From an uncultured Bacteroidales bacterium (GTDB lineage: Bacteria > Bacteroidota > Bacteroidia > Bacteroidales > P3), in assembly GCA_905233895.1 (NCBI GenBank), contig CAJOFL010000019.1:1799-65798 (forward strand): a stretch of 64,000 nt of DNA. The letters are read 5' to 3'. How positions within the stretch are numbered: position 1 is the stretch's first letter; each line of letters opens with the position of its first letter. Made by a program: the position numbers and the translations under genes. The notes under the pieces were generated by a model that ran no database searches, was not told the origin of the DNA, and was given only the letters and a program-made list of their open reading frames with translations. Of the stretch, positions 61,701 through 64,000 are shown in pieces.

Positions 61701-64000
61701 CCGCTCGTTCACAGCCCTCTTCGCCCTCGACACCCATACCGTCAGCGTTGCCGCCAACGACACCACGATGGGTGGCGCGGCTGTGACTGGCGTCGTCGAT
61801 ACACTCTCCGAGCGCCTCCTTACAGTCATCACTCCCGGCGGTTACACCGTCGCCGGTCGTGCCATACTCACCGCCAACCAAGACATATATGTTGCTGACG
61901 GCGGTTGGGAAGCTTATGGTGGCCCATTAAGATGTGGTGTACTGGAAGTGAACGCTGCCGAAGGCTACACCGTCACCCGCATCACATTCACCCTCACCGA
62001 GCCCTATGATGGCGTGGTATGCGAAATTGTCGACAACGCCCCCATACTCTCCAAAGCCGCCATTCCCTATGTATGGGCAGGTCTCAGCGGCCAATACGGC
62101 ACCGGCAAGGTCACCTCCATCAGCGTCTACGGCTACCGCAACCCAGCAATTGACCCGAGCGGCAGCATCTGCACCGCCGACCATGGCACCACCATAAACC
62201 TTACGGCCACGCCCAAGCCGGGCTACCACTTCGTGGAATGGCACGAGAACGACACCATCTATAGTAGCACGGCCGACACGACGGCCACCATCAATGGCGA
62301 CCGCTTCCTTGTCGCATTCTTTGCACCCGACACGCATGATGTCTTTGTCATCTGCAACGACACCTCTATGGGTGATGCAGGTGTTCTGGTTGTTACGCCG
62401 GGGGCGCCGGCTGCTACAATTGAGCCTTTCGCCGAGGTTGGACACGGTGTCACCATATCGATAACGGCTGTACCCAAGCCGGGCTATCGCTTCGTCGAAT
62501 GGCACGAGGACGACACCCTCTACAGCAGCGCGGCCGACACGGTGGTCACCGTCCTCGCCGACCGTTTCCTTGTTGCTATCTTCGCGCTGGACACCCACGA
62601 ATGGGTGGACATGGGCTTCGGCCTGCTGTGGGCCACCTGCAATGTCGGCGCCGACAACCCGTGGGACTACGGCGACTACTTCGCCTGGGGCGAGACGCAG
62701 CCGAAGAGCTCCTACAGCTGGGAGACATACATCTGGGGCGATAGCATCACATTCACGCGCTATACGCATACCAACGACATGCTACTTCCCGAAGACGATG
62801 CCGCCACCGCCAACTGGGGCGGCGACTGGCGCATGCCGACACGTTCGGAGTGGTACACACTTGTCACATCCAGCCTGTATACACGAACCTATGTTCCCAA
62901 CTATCAAGGCTCGGGAAGGAGCGGTATTGTTGTAACCTGTAGATATGGCCGATGCGAAGGTAACTCAATATTTCTTCCCTTTGCAGGACAAAAGCTATAT
63001 TCCTCCAGACAAGAAATAAACAAGGGTCACTACTTGTCTGGCATTCTTCAGACCGAACGTTTCGCTTACGGTGTAAAACTGGATGCCTCTACCTCTACCG
63101 TAATGTTTATCGAAGGGATAAACCGTCGTATTGGAGCCTCGGTTCGTGCAGTGCGTCAATATCCGACGTATACCGTCACATCCGTTAGCGGCAACGATAC
63201 TATGGGTAGTGTCACAGGCGATGGATTCTTCGTCCACGGTGAAACGGACTCACTGACGGCAACCCCTAACGCAGGCTATCATTTCGTCTGCTGGATGGAG
63301 GCGGACACGGTGTACAGCCGTACGGCGGACACCGTTGTTACCGTCACCGGCGACAGGAGCTTCACAGCCGTGTTCGCACCTGACATGGCCGATCTGGTTC
63401 TTACCAATGTCTCCTACACACGTTTCTCCCAGAATAAACTGCGAGTCGAATACCAATTCGTCAACCAGGGCGAAGTCGACTACACCGAAACCATTGGCTT
63501 CACGGTGTACCGCAATCACTACCGCGGTGAGGTTCTTGGCGGAGGTCCTCGGATGATTATTGATGAAGACATGCTTGCCTCGTCGGGCAACGTGGCCACA
63601 AGAAGTTACATTTTTTACAAGGCGCCAATCTGCAGCCTTGATCCTGAAGACAGCCTGGTTATTGCAATCAACGACATGGGTTTCGGAGTGGGCCATCATG
63701 CGGGTGCACAGCCCGAGAGGGATACGCTGAACAATATAGCCGTGCTGCACATCAACGACGTCTACCCCTATCGCCACGCATACAGCGTCGACGTGCAGGC
63801 GGCCTGCGACAGCCTCACCTGGATAGACGACAGCACCTACCGTGCCTCTACTGACACGGCCTTCATTACCGTTGTGCAGAACTACAACAGTACCCCATGC
63901 GACTCGATAGTCCGCCTCGACCTCACCATAAACCACAGTACAGCCGGCGACACCACCGCTGTGGTGTGCGACAGCCTCGCTTGGTACGGGGAGACATATA
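61000..64000 (+). CDS. Continuation (3'-partial) of the giant repeat protein: Listeria-Bacteroides (InlB B-type) repeats, a FISUMP/DUF1566-like domain, CDS-type modules
   Basis: The frame is open to the window end. It is absent from the track because it has no stop. Repeats ATP(K/A)(P/A)GYHF.(E/G)W...DT.YS..ADT..T...R.F.A.FA x5. WATCNVGADNPWDYGDYFAWGE...GGDWRMPTRSEW. CDSLTWIDDSTY...TPCDSIVRLDLTIN. The first in-frame ATG is at 61000, but the domain boundary argues for continuity with 59917-60972. Confidence 0.72.
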   Translation, partial: MPAANCHFIAWREADTIYSRSADTVATITGNRSFTAIFAIDTYSLDLAASDPSLGNVSSTFNAPEETLLTVITQNPNLYYPSPQYSEPGRATLSFSESVGFTNGAWKTYCTLNYTSYGYLEVTANEGYTVTRITFNVVIPSHGNPIEIAQPPFKVNFVCDDCYINNGSQGVGYNGVTSINVYGYRNPVDHGTVNHGTVANLSATPAANCHFDGWREADTIYSRSADTVATISSNRSFTALFALDTHTVSVAANDTTMGGAAVTGVVDTLSERLLTVITPGGYTVAGRAILTANQDIYVADGGWEAYGGPLRCGVLEVNAAEGYTVTRITFTLTEPYDGVVCEIVDNAPILSKAAIPYVWAGLSGQYGTGKVTSISVYGYRNPAIDPSGSICTADHGTTINLTATPKPGYHFVEWHENDTIYSSTADTTATINGDRFLVAFFAPDTHDVFVICNDTSMGDAGVLVVTPGAPAATIEPFAEVGHGVTISITAVPKPGYRFVEWHEDDTLYSSAADTVVTVLADRFLVAIFALDTHEWVDMGFGLLWATCNVGADNPWDYGDYFAWGETQPKSSYSWETYIWGDSITFTRYTHTNDMLLPEDDAATANWGGDWRMPTRSEWYTLVTSSLYTRTYVPNYQGSGRSGIVVTCRYGRCEGNSIFLPFAGQKLYSSRQEINKGHYLSGILQTERFAYGVKLDASTSTVMFIEGINRRIGASVRAVRQYPTYTVTSVSGNDTMGSVTGDGFFVHGETDSLTATPNAGYHFVCWMEADTVYSRTADTVVTVTGDRSFTAVFAPDMADLVLTNVSYTRFSQNKLRVEYQFVNQGEVDYTETIGFTVYRNHYRGEVLGGGPRMIIDEDMLASSGNVATRSYIFYKAPICSLDPEDSLVIAINDMGFGVGHHAGAQPERDTLNNIAVLHINDVYPYRHAYSVDVQAACDSLTWIDDSTYRASTDTAFITVVQNYNSTPCDSIVRLDLTINHSTAGDTTAVVCDSLAWYGETY

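Noticed and set aside
1-64000. A prophage, ICE, IS element, toxin-antitoxin system or known defence system.
   Set aside because: I recognised no integrase, transposase, recombinase, capsid, terminase, restriction-modification, Cas or abortive-infection signatures in any frame. The only compositionally foreign piece is the 0.4-kb four-helix-bundle cassette.

Overview
This 64-kb chromosomal segment looks like a Bacteroidales (Bacteroidota) genome and appears fairly GC-rich by eye (GC not computed). Evidence for the lineage: repeated TAnnTTTG -7 boxes with TTTG -33 boxes 19-20 nt upstream, no Shine-Dalgarno sites, T9SS type-B C-terminal sorting domains, and Bacteroidota-specific DUF families. 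All protein calls come from reading the supplied translations against remembered family motifs. No search was run. I call about 58 protein genes, tRNA-Glu(CUC) and RNase P RNA. I recognised no transposase, integrase, phage gene or CRISPR array. The backbone is housekeeping: dnaB, parAB, an exbB-exbD-tonB cluster, two ECF sigma modules, rsmD, purC, glyQS, truB, uppP, ftsX, dnaN, dapD, ftcD, serC-serA, mntP, folC, trmO, sulP and yebC. Accessory content: (a) a translationally coupled operon of three large T9SS type-B-CTD surface proteins (23253-31557, minus strand); (b) a GDP-D-glycero-alpha-D-manno-heptose mini-locus (37702-41651, minus strand); (c) a giant repeat protein starting at 59917 that runs off the window. 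Most interesting observations: (1) five co-oriented copies of a modular intergenic element built on three phased 11-bp units AGGCGTTG(A/G)TC plus AGGCGAAGGTGGGGT, with two tail subfamilies; (2) an ECF sigma gene coupled to an anti-sigma-like membrane protein that ends in a T9SS type-B sorting domain; (3) one in-frame TAG interrupting an otherwise open reading frame of more than 4 kb, exactly inside a duplicated repeat unit; (4) an AT-rich four-helix-bundle (Avd / 23S-IVS-protein-like) gene bracketed by about 28-bp inverted repeats between sulP and yebC; (5) independent frame disruptions in both exbB and tonB of one operon; (6) many short tandem duplications at gene junctions and in frame inside truB and folC. 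Start codons are least certain where noted.
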